Part shown: one piece after another, positions 48,427 to 58,503 of the stretch | Layout: every line of letters begins with the position of its first letter | Position numbering within the stretch: the stretch's first letter is position 1 | Assembly (NCBI GenBank): GCA_963704905.1 | Contig: CAVPHZ010000001.1 | Coordinates: 1,089 to 65,088 of the forward strand | Length of the DNA stretch: 64,000 bases | Direction of reading: 5' to 3' | From: Candidatus Chisholmbacteria bacterium | Lineage (GTDB): Bacteria > Patescibacteriota > Microgenomatia > UBA1400 > Chisholmbacteraceae | Made by a program: the position numbers and the translations under genes | The notes under the pieces: model-generated | What the model saw: the letters and a program-made list of their open reading frames with translations, nothing else | Databases searched by the model: none | What the model was told of the DNA's origin: nothing

Positions 48427-48879
48427 ATGACCAACACAAAAGATAAATCAGTGCTTAGGTGGTTAGTCTATACAACTCGATATATTTCTATTAAAGAAAT
48501 TGGTAAATTTTATCTGACAATTACCATTCCGCTGTTCTACCTGTTTTGTCTTTACATTATTGCAAGATTTCCTCATACGATATCTTTTCCAATTACTTAT
48601 GTGTATGCAGGATTGCTTTTAAGTTTTGTCGGAATAGTATTTTGGTTTCTCAGCTTTATTCAACTCGGAAAATCTTTTGGAGTATTACCTCAAAAGCAGA
48701 AGAGAATCCGCAGAGGTATCTATCGATATCTCAAGCACCCAATGTACGTAGGAATGAGTCTGACGTATGTTGGTTTAGGATTGGCTAACCAGTCTCAGCA
48801 AGGTCTGTTTGTTACTTTATTGTTACTCATTCCTTTGCTGGTGTTGAGAGCTTCGCTTGAAGAAAATAAATTAAGTTAA
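48427..48879 (+). CDS. ICMT/PEMT-like methyltransferase family protein
   Basis: LGKSF, GIYRYLKHPMYVG, RA..EE..L. Confidence 0.85.
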   Translation: MTNTKDKSVLRWLVYTTRYISIKEIGKFYLTITIPLFYLFCLYIIARFPHTISFPITYVYAGLLLSFVGIVFWFLSFIQLGKSFGVLPQKQKRIRRGIYRYLKHPMYVGMSLTYVGLGLANQSQQGLFVTLLLLIPLLVLRASLEENKLS

Positions 48880-48996
48880 TATTCGGAAATATCAATTAAT
48901 GCTGTCTCTTAAGACTTTAGCAGAGTGGCTGAGAAGAAATTAATATTTCAAGTAAATGAATTAGTCTGATGCGAGTGTAATTTTAAAATGGATAAT

Positions 48997-49794
48997 TTAG
49001 TTCAAGAGCTGATCAATAGCACTTTGAAAAACAGTAAATGGCTGGGCTCCGATGACTAATTGTCCATCGATATTTCCATCACCTGAGGATTTCCCTATTA
49101 CGAAGCTGGGTGTTCCTGAAGCTCCGGCAGCCTGTGCGTCTGCTTTGTCTTTTTTCACTTCTTCACCCTGTGCATTATCTTGAAGACAAGATGTGAAGCT
49201 ACTGGTATTCAAGCCAACATCGCTAGCTATTGATTGAATATCATCATCATTTAAACCATTTCCGTTAGAAATGGTTCTGTTAAATATCTCGTCGTGGTAT
49301 TCGAAGTATTTACTATCTCCACCCTGTTCTCGTGCACAATTGGCAGCAATTGCTTCCTTGGTTGCCATTGGATCATGAAAAGGAAGCGGAAGATCACGAT
49401 AGACTATTTTCACTTTCCCTGTATCAACATATTCTTTCTTTATCTGAGGTAGTGTTTCATCATAATGGCGCTTGCAGAATGGACATTCGTAGTCAGAAAA
49501 TTCAATGATTGTCACTGGAGCATTTGCATCACCAATTACCGGATCATCATCAACTGAAACAATAGAATTCGATGGTGGAGGTTGGCCTGGATCTGTTCCT
49601 TGGTTCGGTTGTGTTCCTCCTTGTGGCACTCCATCTTGTTGTGATCCAGTTAGTTGCGTTTTACTACCTTTTAGGAGTTCTAGTTGGCCCTGAAATCTTC
49701 CGATCAAAAATGCAGCAACTATCAATAGCAGAATCAAGAGAGGGGTAGCTGTTTTTTTCGATGGAACTGGGACTGAAATTGTTTTTTTCTCCAT
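48997..49794 (-). CDS. DsbA/BdbD-like thiol-disulfide oxidoreductase
   Basis: EFSDYECPFC, GTPSF, GAQPF. Confidence 0.92.
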   Translation of the reverse strand: MEKKTISVPVPSKKTATPLLILLLIVAAFLIGRFQGQLELLKGSKTQLTGSQQDGVPQGGTQPNQGTDPGQPPPSNSIVSVDDDPVIGDANAPVTIIEFSDYECPFCKRHYDETLPQIKKEYVDTGKVKIVYRDLPLPFHDPMATKEAIAANCAREQGGDSKYFEYHDEIFNRTISNGNGLNDDDIQSIASDVGLNTSSFTSCLQDNAQGEEVKKDKADAQAAGASGTPSFVIGKSSGDGNIDGQLVIGAQPFTVFQSAIDQLLN

Positions 49795-49811
49795 AACTCT
49801 TCGCACCTTTC

Positions 49812-49828
49812 TACTACTCAGTGTAGTA
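49812..49828. promoter_or_regulatory. Putative BlaI/CopY operator upstream of dsbA-like gene
   Basis: TACTAC-TCAGT-GTAGTA. Confidence 0.7.
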
Positions 49829-49857
49829 GTTACTCGTTTACCGTGTCAAGACCTAAA

Positions 49858-50811
49858 TTACTTAAAATGAGAAAATGATGTGGCTTCTGAGAAGAATTTT
49901 CTCGAGTGCTGCTGTTCACAAGCAGTTTGATTTTCGAGTACTGTTTGACTTTCCGCCTTGCTCTCGGTTGGCAATAAAAAAAGTGCAAGAAACAGAAGAG
50001 TTAAAAACAACAATGATTTTGATACGGTTTTCGGTACAGTAAAAAAAGATTCTCGCTTGCCGTACTCATTAAGTTGAAGTATTCGCAATTTCAACGATTG
50101 GTTTTGAAATGATGGTGTGTATGGAAGAGCTGGCATAGAAACAATCTTTGCAAGAGCTGATTTTAAAAATCGATTTGTACTTTGAGTTTGTAAGACATAT
50201 TTATCAGCCTGCAGTTCTATATGCGTATGATAGAGAGAGACAAGTTCTCGAACTATCGGTACAAAGAAGAATACGTCTTTAATAATTTGGCTGAAGAATA
50301 ATTTCAGTGAGTGTCTTTGCTTGATGTGTGCGAGCTCATGAAGAATCACTGCTTCTAGCTCTTGGTCGTTGATCGTTTTGAGCAGGTGTTCTGAAAGAAG
50401 TATCGTTTTCTTGAAAAATCCGAGACTTAGTGCCAAGGGATTATTATTACTAATTATTCTTATATTTATCTTCTCAAATTCCATTTTGTTCACAATGTTA
50501 GCTATACGCTTATATCCAGACTTCGATTTTGCTTCTTGAAAGGACTGGATTCTGCTTATCATCTTCACGAGTGACAAACTGGTGCTAATCACTACTACCA
50601 GAACCATGAAGGTTAGGAGACTCGCTATAAATATCCCAATTATATGCGTCGGGGAAGAAAGAAAAGCACCCAGCGATTGCTGACAGTATTCTATATAGTG
50701 AACCACTGTCGATTGTACATATTTATTCACTAACAGTAATCCAGCGAACCCAATGGAACCGGCTATGAGAAGTAGGGAATAAAATATTTGATCATCTTTC
50801 TTTAACTTCAT
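49858..50811 (-). CDS. M56/BlaR1-like membrane metallopeptidase
   Basis: ILHELAH, ELQAD; no penicillin-binding domain. Confidence 0.88.
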   Translation of the reverse strand: MKLKKDDQIFYSLLLIAGSIGFAGLLLVNKYVQSTVVHYIEYCQQSLGAFLSSPTHIIGIFIASLLTFMVLVVVISTSLSLVKMISRIQSFQEAKSKSGYKRIANIVNKMEFEKINIRIISNNNPLALSLGFFKKTILLSEHLLKTINDQELEAVILHELAHIKQRHSLKLFFSQIIKDVFFFVPIVRELVSLYHTHIELQADKYVLQTQSTNRFLKSALAKIVSMPALPYTPSFQNQSLKLRILQLNEYGKRESFFTVPKTVSKSLLFLTLLFLALFLLPTESKAESQTVLENQTACEQQHSRKFFSEATSFSHFK

Positions 50812-51172
50812 TGAGCAATTTGAGAATATTCTCCCTTTCTTCCCGTGGTAATTTACTTATGCCACGAGCAAACGCAGCAGAAGCATCAGTACCATACACC
50901 TGCGATAATGACCTCACTGTGCTGGTAATAATTCGCTGGACAACTTGTGATTTACTCAGCTTTGGACTGTAGACAAACGCCTTTCCAACTTTTTTTCTGG
51001 ATACGATTTTTTTAGAATGCAACCTATCCAGAATCGTCATCACAGTTGTATAAGCGATCTTTTTCTTCGCTTTTAAACAACGATGAACGTCGTTTACCGT
51101 TGTCTCATCATGATTCCAAAGACAATCCATGATTTTTCTTTCCAGTGGTCCTAGGGTGGTGCTTTGGGTCAT
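50792..51172 (-). CDS. BlaI/MecI/CopY repressor
   Basis: LGPLERKIMD.LW, AYTTVMTILDRL..K. Confidence 0.92.
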   Translation of the reverse strand: MTQSTTLGPLERKIMDCLWNHDETTVNDVHRCLKAKKKIAYTTVMTILDRLHSKKIVSRKKVGKAFVYSPKLSKSQVVQRIITSTVRSLSQVYGTDASAAFARGISKLPREERENILKLLNEVKER

Positions 51173-51188
51173 ACTACAGATTGTAGTA
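51172..51188. promoter_or_regulatory. Putative BlaI/CopY autoregulatory operator
   Basis: TACTAC-AGATT-GTAGTA, containing a minus-strand TACAAT -10. Confidence 0.7.
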
Positions 51189-51208
51189 AATAATTGAACC
51201 AATCGCAA

Positions 51209-52069
51209 TTATTTTTGATTCTTGAGTGCTGATTTTAGGAGCCTGTAAAAGAGATAACTTCCAACGACCACAAAGAGAATATTTATTCCAGGAATATTTT
51301 TAGTAACATTTGTGACAGATATGGCTGTATTTTGAATGGTCTGAATAACTGCAGACTCGTCAGACGGCATCCCAAGCATTCCGACCGAAGAAAGAATTAT
51401 CGTCAAGGTTCCCGTCACGGTGAATATTGCAGCGGCAATGAGGTTTGAGACGAAAACAGGATACTCTTTTTTTCCTAAGCGAATTATTCCAAGTTTCCGT
51501 TTCAGTAGTGGTTTTTCTAAAATGTTTCGTTTTTCAATGAACAGCGAGGCAATATAGAGTGGAGCAACCATGCCAAATACATAACTTAATCCGACTCCAA
51601 GCGCTTGGAATGTTGATGAACTCAGAGTGCTTAGAGCTATGACACCAATAAGAACCGGAGCACAACAGGCAGAAGTGATGCCAGAGAAAACACCTAATGT
51701 AAATGTGGAAAAGATGTCATTTTTTTGTTTTCCACTACTCAATGCAAAATTCGGCATTGGTAGTTTTATCCCCAGAAGTGAAAAAATTGCTACAAGCAGC
51801 ATAAAAAACCCTCCTACAATGTAGGTTTGGTCATGGAGCTGGAAAAAGAGTGTTGATAGCGCTTTGGCTCCTAAGACGACAGGTAGCATGACTACAAATA
51901 TTCCCAACGAATATACAATTGTCATTAAGAGAATTCTTTTTTTCTCTTTGAAAATATTTGCAAAGTACGCTGGAAGAAGGTATGAAATACAGCAAGGCGC
52001 AAACAGCGCAACCATCCCAGCTGCAAAGGCAGCAATAAGAGAAACCTGGTAGAGCGCTGATTGTCCCAT
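51209..52069 (-). CDS. CcdA-like cytochrome c biogenesis/disulfide transfer membrane protein
   Basis: FAPCCISYLLP and SACCAPVL. Confidence 0.85.
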   Translation of the reverse strand: MGQSALYQVSLIAAFAAGMVALFAPCCISYLLPAYFANIFKEKKRILLMTIVYSLGIFVVMLPVVLGAKALSTLFFQLHDQTYIVGGFFMLLVAIFSLLGIKLPMPNFALSSGKQKNDIFSTFTLGVFSGITSACCAPVLIGVIALSTLSSSTFQALGVGLSYVFGMVAPLYIASLFIEKRNILEKPLLKRKLGIIRLGKKEYPVFVSNLIAAAIFTVTGTLTIILSSVGMLGMPSDESAVIQTIQNTAISVTNVTKNIPGINILFVVVGSYLFYRLLKSALKNQK

Positions 52070-52072
52070 AAT

Positions 52073-54244
52073 TTAGATTTCCACTTTGAGATTTGCTTTG
52101 CGCAGAGTCATTGCGTTGATGACAACAATAACTGAGGAGAGACTCATCAGGAGAGCTCCAAATGCTGGTGTGAGTTTAAAACCAAGCGGAATAAAGAGAC
52201 CAGCTGCAGCAGGTATAGCAACGATGTTGTACCCTAGTGCCCACCAAAGATTTTGAACCATTTTGTTATACACTTTTCTTGAAAGAACGATTAAGCGGAC
52301 AATATGCTGAGGATTACTCTGTGTGAGTACAATATCACCAGCTTCGACGGCTACATCTGTTCCTGTACCAATTGCTATACCTACATCGGCTTGTGTTAAT
52401 GCCGGAGCGTCATTGACCCCATCACCCGCCATAATAACAACATTTCCTTCATCCTGTAGCTTCTTAAGATATTTGTATTTATCCTCCGGTAAAACTTCGG
52501 CAAATACTTTGTCTATCCCTAACTCTCTTGCGACCGGTTCCGCAGCTGCCTTCGTATCGCCTGTCAACATTGCAACTTTCACTCCCAGTTTGTGAAGTTC
52601 TTCTACTGCTTTTTTTGACTCTTCTTTAATCTGGTCACTAAGGGAAAAAATACCAATGATTTCCTTATTACTTGCAACAAACACAGGAGTTTTTCCTTGG
52701 TTGGAAATATCAGTAAGGACTGACTCTGCTTTTTCATTCCATACATTCTTCTCTTCCATAAGACGCTTGTTACCAAGAAAGTATGACTCCCCTCCTATAT
52801 TCGCTTGCATACCTCTTCCTGAAAGATTTTTTACATTCTTTGCTTCTGGTATCTTTACTTTCTGTTTATTTACATACTCCACAATCGCCATTCCAATGAC
52901 ATGAGAAGAATGTTGTTCAATTGCCCCTGCTACGGTGAGAAGGTTCTCTGTATTCCGTTGAAGTACTTCTACACCTGTAACACCAAAGTTTCCTTCAGTT
53001 AACGTTCCAGTCTTATCAAAAACCACATAGTCCGCTTTTTTAACTATTTCAATTTTTCCCATATCTTTCATGAAGACACCGTTTTTTACGGCTAAACGAG
53101 TAGCTATAGTTGAAACTGTAGGTATTGCTAACCCTAAGGCATGTGGACAGGCAATAACGAGCACTGTGATAGCGAGCGTTATTGCAAAGACAAACGATTG
53201 ACCGACAATCAAAGACCATACTAAGAGCGTGATCATTGAAACCGTGAGTGCTGAGAGTGTTAACCACTTCGAAGCACGGTCAGCCAATTTTTGAGCAGAC
53301 GGTTTGGTTTTCTGAGCTTTTGAAATAAGATCTTGAATTTGGCCGATCGTCGATGACTCTCCAACGCGTAATAGCTTTACCTCAACTGAACCGTCGATGC
53401 TAATAGCTCCAGCAACAACCTCTGCGCCTTTTCCTTTTTCAACTGGTTTGGATTCTCCGCTGAGGTGGGCTTCATTGAAATTAGCACTCCCCTTGATAAT
53501 CTCTCCATCGGCTGGAACTTTTTCTCCAGGTTTGACAAGTACAATGTCTCCTTCTTTAAGTCTATCTAGGGGAACATCTTTAACTTTGCCATTTTTTTTG
53601 AGATGTGCTTCTTTTGGTAGAAGTTTTGCTACTTCCTGAAGCGCATCACCAGCTGCCGTTGATGATTTTGCCTCGAGAAAGTGACCAAAGAGTAGAACCC
53701 AAATTAGCGTTGCTATTTCCAGATAAAACTCGACCTGTAATGCAGGAACAAATGTTGAAGCGACTGAAAATAGATAACCAGCGCCGACACCTAATGAGAC
53801 TAAAGTCATCATTCCAAATTGCTTGGCTTTAATTTCATGCTTTGCATGCTCAAAGAACACAAGTGAAAAGTAAAAGATGATGGTTGCGATGATGAACTCT
53901 AAGTATGGTCTAAGAAAGAAGTCGGGAATTCCGAGAAATTGAACTGCTGGTTTGCTGAATAATGCAAGAGGAACAAGTAGAACTGTTACAATAAAAAATC
54001 TTCCCAGAAATTCACTCGCTGCTCCTTCACCTACCATCATTGACTGATGTTCATGCCCTTCGTGATTTCCATGTTGATGATCCTCGTGATGTTTATGTTC
54101 ACCTTCACCATTTTTTTCCACCAAGTCCATGCCGCATTTTGAGCAAGACCCTGGTTTATTGCTCCTGACCTTAGAATGCATAGGACAATAGTATGATCCT
54201 TCTCCTTCGTCATGATGATCTTGGTGACCTTCACAACAAGACAT
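52073..54244 (-). CDS. P1B-type copper-translocating ATPase (CPH type) with His-rich/YxCPMH N-terminus
   Basis: YYCPMH, IACPHALG, DKTGT, GDGVND, YN and MSLSS. Confidence 0.95.
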   Translation of the reverse strand: MSCCEGHQDHHDEGEGSYYCPMHSKVRSNKPGSCSKCGMDLVEKNGEGEHKHHEDHQHGNHEGHEHQSMMVGEGAASEFLGRFFIVTVLLVPLALFSKPAVQFLGIPDFFLRPYLEFIIATIIFYFSLVFFEHAKHEIKAKQFGMMTLVSLGVGAGYLFSVASTFVPALQVEFYLEIATLIWVLLFGHFLEAKSSTAAGDALQEVAKLLPKEAHLKKNGKVKDVPLDRLKEGDIVLVKPGEKVPADGEIIKGSANFNEAHLSGESKPVEKGKGAEVVAGAISIDGSVEVKLLRVGESSTIGQIQDLISKAQKTKPSAQKLADRASKWLTLSALTVSMITLLVWSLIVGQSFVFAITLAITVLVIACPHALGLAIPTVSTIATRLAVKNGVFMKDMGKIEIVKKADYVVFDKTGTLTEGNFGVTGVEVLQRNTENLLTVAGAIEQHSSHVIGMAIVEYVNKQKVKIPEAKNVKNLSGRGMQANIGGESYFLGNKRLMEEKNVWNEKAESVLTDISNQGKTPVFVASNKEIIGIFSLSDQIKEESKKAVEELHKLGVKVAMLTGDTKAAAEPVARELGIDKVFAEVLPEDKYKYLKKLQDEGNVVIMAGDGVNDAPALTQADVGIAIGTGTDVAVEAGDIVLTQSNPQHIVRLIVLSRKVYNKMVQNLWWALGYNIVAIPAAAGLFIPLGFKLTPAFGALLMSLSSVIVVINAMTLRKANLKVEI

Positions 54245-54261
54245 ATGTTCTCCTAACCTTG

Positions 54262-54861
54262 TTAATTTCTCTTTTTTCCTGCAATACCTTTCAAAAAGTA
54301 GATGCTTCCTGTCGTTAGAAACATGACTAGTAAGATCCAAGTAATTATTCCTCCAAGACCATACATACCATGATTAAATTTAGTTGCTTTTGTATTACCA
54401 CCAATCATCCAGGGTCGCTTCCCTGAACTATTTCCGTTGGACATATGCGAGGCAAACATTCCTCGATATGTTCCTTCACTATCATTCCCACAGCCAAGAA
54501 ATCTTGATCCCATTACAATATGAGCATTATCAAGTGATTCGGACCCCTCTCCACCCATCATACGGTCCATTCTTTCATGAAGTTCTGGATCTGGATGCAT
54601 AACTCCCATCCAGGCATCTCCGAGACGTTCAAACTCATCATTCGTCACTTCGTCACAATTTAGTTCACTTATTATGCTTACACCATGAGCTGATAAAACA
54701 TTTTCTAAAACCTCATCAATTTCTTCACTATGAGTATCTAGTTCAGCTTGAGATTCATTTTCGGAATCAAACCCCATCATGCCCATCTGTGCATTGACTG
54801 AACCGGTATAAGTGATAACGAGCGCTAATGCAAACAAGGTTGATATGATTGTTCTCTTCAT
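54262..54861 (-). CDS. Met/His-rich membrane-anchored hypothetical protein
   Basis: Signal peptide, MHPD..HE.MD.MMGGEGS..L...H..MG, C-terminal TM. Confidence 0.75.
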   Translation of the reverse strand: MKRTIISTLFALALVITYTGSVNAQMGMMGFDSENESQAELDTHSEEIDEVLENVLSAHGVSIISELNCDEVTNDEFERLGDAWMGVMHPDPELHERMDRMMGGEGSESLDNAHIVMGSRFLGCGNDSEGTYRGMFASHMSNGNSSGKRPWMIGGNTKATKFNHGMYGLGGIITWILLVMFLTTGSIYFLKGIAGKKRN

Positions 54862-54878
54862 GTGTTCTCCTTTTTTTT

Positions 54879-55633
54879 CTAGCTTTTTATAACATTGGCG
54901 GTAATGGTTACTTCTAGACTAGGATAATTGATATTATCTGTTTCAATGTAAATGGTGCGGGTAAGTTTTCCGAGATCAGTATCATCTTTGTGAACTGCTG
55001 GATCAAAACTCACTTTTACTTTTGTGGACTCATATGGCGCGAGGGAATTCTTTTCAACTTCAGCGCTTGTACATCCGCAAGATGTTGAGACTCTAGTGAC
55101 CATTATTGGCTGAAGGGAGTAAAATTAGTGAGTGTAAATTCTGTGTTTTCTACATCTCCGTAAATGACTGTTCCCAGCTCTTGATTTTCGGTGTCAAGCT
55201 AACCTCAACGTTCACTTCCCTGTAGGCATTAATTCCACCGACAAGATCGCTAACATTTGTATATCCCAGTTCCACAAGTTCTTTGCTGGCTGAGTCACTC
55301 ATTGAACCTGAGCGGCAGTAGACGAAAAGTGGCGTATTTTTGTCTTGGGGAAGTTGTGAAAGGTTCTGTGAGATTTGATTATAGGGAATGAACGCATCAG
55401 TTCCTGAAATGTGCTGTTGTTCTGGAATATGTACGTCAAGGATAAATGTATCTTTGTTGTTGATAATGTCCTGTGCTTCGAGTGCACTTACTTTTTTAAC
55501 TCCTGACTCACTTACCATGGTTTGTCCCTCTTCTCCTTTTGATTCATTTGGTATCTGCGAGTTACGTGTAGATAAATATCCACAATCCAACAAGTACAAG
55601 TATCGCAACAATAACTATTCTAATGTTTTTCAT
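54879..55633 (-). pseudogene. Rhodanese + DUF1573 fusion, frameshifted
   Basis: MKNIRIVIVAIL start at 55633; YCRSGSMS; STSCGCT..FDP..H in a different frame. Confidence 0.75.
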
Positions 55634-55635
55634 CG

Positions 55636-56434
55636 TTATCTCCCTTTTATATTAGTTTGCTCCAACGTGATCGTCACTCGGGACTCAAATTCTATAGGGT
55701 CATTTGAAAATAGCGATACTGTTCTGGTTACAGGTCCGAACTAGATCAGGGTGTACTGTTGGATCATAGAAAACTCTAAGGATTGCAGTGTCTCCCGGGC
55801 GGATAGCTCACTTTCCAGTTTTTAGGATTTTCCTGTCCGTGCCCCTCCATTGTAAATGTTGGTCCGACTTCCCCGTCATAGACGAGCCGCTACGGATGTG
55901 CAGCCGCACGATGAGCTCAGTTTATGAATTTCTAAATCACTTTCTCCAAGATTTTTAAATTCAAAGTCGGTTGATACAGTTCCTTTTGCTTGACTTACTT
56001 TTCCTAGATCCTGCTTAACTTCACGAATCTCAATCTTCGGTGCGTCAGCTGGGGCAAGCTCTGCCAATTTTTGTTTTAACGCATCTTGGTCCTCCATGTT
56101 TGTTAATCTATCGATACCAAATTGTTTCGCCGTTGCCAGTATCACTTCATCTTTTGAAGATCCGCCTAATATTTGCTGGTCGATGTAATCAATCATTTGA
56201 ACCATCGCTCCGCAACATGGCTTTTCTTTATTTAAAGGTTGTCCGCAACAGGGACAAGTGAACATCGGATATACTTCACTTGCCTCAACTGGTTTAATGA
56301 TTGTTTGCTTTGTGGTATGAGTAGTGTTTTTGAAATGGACTAAGTGCTGTGTTCAGTGGAGTCGACAGCAGAGCGACTAGTATCACTAGTGTTGAAAGCT
56401 GCCAGAACAGTCTTTCCCTGTTGATATTCTTCAT
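55636..56434 (-). pseudogene. Cys-rich (CcmH-like) + DUF1573 protein, frameshifted
   Basis: FTCPCCG..PCCG, SSCGCT, GPVTRTVSLFSNDP across several frames. Confidence 0.7.
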
Positions 56435-56437
56435 GAT

Positions 56438-57403
56438 TTAGGCTCCACATCCTCCTCCACCTTGTGCTGGCTGTGGAAGGCTTTTAATTTTTTGTCTAGT
56501 TGTCTGATACCCTTGAGCACTCGAATACTGCGCACTCAGTGCAAGTTTCGGGTCCACTTGGTTCCACTCCTGACCTTGTTCCTTAAAATAGGTCGCAAGC
56601 TCAATGTAAGTTTGCGGAAACCAGAGTGAATTCACTTTAAGTGCAACATCGTACATTTCCTGTTCACTCACTCCATTGGCAGCCATTAGCTCCAAAAGAC
56701 CTAACATTGCCATTCCGTGGTTACAGTCAGGAAAATGGGTTGAGTTCCCACAACATGGTCTGTAAATATTTTGAGATACAGTGTCGACTAATGCTTGCTG
56801 TTGGCCGGTCAGAGTAACGTACGGATGAGTAGAGTAGTGCTCCATTGCTGGTGTTTTACTCAGTGACCAACCACCGGTTGCGGCAAACTTGCTGGCATCA
56901 CCGCCGAATTGTGCATCCGTCATTTCACCGTTTTCTAAAATGTCATTTTTGTTAGCTAACCCAAATGCCCAGAGCATATCCAGAAGAAAACGGCTGTTTT
57001 GTTGGTTCAAGACAACTGTATCGTTGAACTCTCCCGTAAGCATCTGTTCGTCGTTTTCTTGGAGTCCACCTTGAAACAATGTCTTGAGCTTTTGTTCGTC
57101 AATCACCCCATCATCTACCATGCGTTTTCCTAAATCACCCCAGGTAATGGGGAGCTCTACCCCCTCAGCTGGGATAACGATTTTTTGTTGTTCTGATACT
57201 TCCACTTGACTAGTTGGTTGGTTAGCGTTGCTTTGCGTGGAAGCTTTCTGAAAAGCTGGATTTCTTACCTTGAATTTAGGTTCAATCTTCACGGTAAATA
57301 GCTGAAGGAAAACAAGTAACCCAAAGAGAATAAGCGCCGAAGATTTCCAAAATTTTTCTGGATCCTTCATGAGATTAGGTTTTTTAATAATCTGTTTGGG
57401 CAT
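56438..57403 (-). CDS. Conserved hypothetical membrane-anchored Cys-motif protein
   Basis: YRPCCGN...PDCNHGMA, C-terminal GGGCGA. Confidence 0.8.
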   Translation of the reverse strand: MPKQIIKKPNLMKDPEKFWKSSALILFGLLVFLQLFTVKIEPKFKVRNPAFQKASTQSNANQPTSQVEVSEQQKIVIPAEGVELPITWGDLGKRMVDDGVIDEQKLKTLFQGGLQENDEQMLTGEFNDTVVLNQQNSRFLLDMLWAFGLANKNDILENGEMTDAQFGGDASKFAATGGWSLSKTPAMEHYSTHPYVTLTGQQQALVDTVSQNIYRPCCGNSTHFPDCNHGMAMLGLLELMAANGVSEQEMYDVALKVNSLWFPQTYIELATYFKEQGQEWNQVDPKLALSAQYSSAQGYQTTRQKIKSLPQPAQGGGGCGA

Positions 57404-57410
57404 ATGCCTC

Positions 57411-57905
57411 CTAGTTGATTACATTGGCTGATAATGAGAATTCTAGATTGGAATTATTTTGGTCATTGGTTTCTACTGACACAATTCTAGTTATCTGTCC
57501 TGTTCCTGATGGACCATGAAAAGCAGGGTCGAAGGTTACGACAAGTTCGGCTTCCTGACCAGGTTCAAGTTCACCGAGCCAAGATGAATTTGAATGCATT
57601 CCGAAGTATGGACTTTGTTGTCCATTGATGATGACCTTCGCTTCAGTGCACATACATGACGTTTTAATATTGGCTAACTGAAGTGGGCTGGATCCTGAAT
57701 TTTTTATCATGAAGCTCTTATGTACGACCCCGCCAGTTAAGGTAATTGTTCCCCAATCGTGGGTTGATTCTTGTATTTCTGCCTGAGCTTGTGCAGTCGT
57801 TTCAATTCGTGGTGGACTTGGCGCTCTTGAAGCAAGGACTACGCCACCTATAAGTAATAGTACTGTAGCTCCTACCACCAGAGAAACAATTTTTGAATTA
57901 CTCAA
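57411..57905 (-). CDS. DUF1573 Ig-like protein
   Basis: TSCMCT, FGMH, FDPAFHGP, TND. Confidence 0.85.
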   Translation of the reverse strand: MSNSKIVSLVVGATVLLLIGGVVLASRAPSPPRIETTAQAQAEIQESTHDWGTITLTGGVVHKSFMIKNSGSSPLQLANIKTSCMCTEAKVIINGQQSPYFGMHSNSSWLGELEPGQEAELVVTFDPAFHGPSGTGQITRIVSVETNDQNNSNLEFSLSANVIN

Positions 57906-58402
57906 TTTTTTCTCCTCTTATTTATGTACTTCTTTCTATCTTTTATAAACTTTTCTTTACATCCAGAAGCACAGAAATAATACGCTTCCTTGTTTAGATT
58001 TACCGCTACTGCGGCGGTTTTTGGACTCAGTCTCATGCCACAAACAGGGTCGATCACAACTGGAACCAGATCTTTCATTCTCCATTTAAGTTCCTCTGAA
58101 AGAATGACATCATCTTTTTGTTGATCGAGAAGCATTTCGCGAAATAAATCTGAGGCTTTGACAATGTTTGGATGAGAAAGTTTGTAGTAGATCGCCGTGC
58201 CGTTCCTCCGAGTTTCTACTACACCATGTTCTCGAAGAACTGACAGATGTTGAGACAGATTCGCCTGGGGAAGTCCAAGCATATCTTGCATTTCTGAAAC
58301 TGAGAGCTCTTGATCGCGAAGAAGGTGGATTATTTCAACACGTTTTTGACTGGCAAGGGCTTTATAGAGCATCTCGTGAAGTTTAAATACTTTGTTATAC
58401 AT
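57902..58402 (-). CDS. ArsR regulator fused to YHS domain
   Basis: QANLSQHL..LR; DPVCGM...YYFCASGC. Confidence 0.9.
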   Translation of the reverse strand: MYNKVFKLHEMLYKALASQKRVEIIHLLRDQELSVSEMQDMLGLPQANLSQHLSVLREHGVVETRRNGTAIYYKLSHPNIVKASDLFREMLLDQQKDDVILSEELKWRMKDLVPVVIDPVCGMRLSPKTAAVAVNLNKEAYYFCASGCKEKFIKDRKKYINKRRKN

Positions 58403-58406
58403 GTTT

Positions 58407-58460
58407 ATATTCGCATATACGAATATTTAAGAGTATATTTATTCAAGATTAATCTGTCAA
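58407..58460 (-). promoter_or_regulatory. Sigma70 promoter and ArsR-type operator of the copper operon
   Basis: TTGACA(58460-58455)-17 nt-TATACT(58437-58432); ATATTCG-N6-CGAATAT at 58407-58426. Confidence 0.75.
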
Positions 58461-58503
58461 GCAGTAATTGGAGTAAATATTTGTAGAATAAACCGGTCTA
58501 GGC

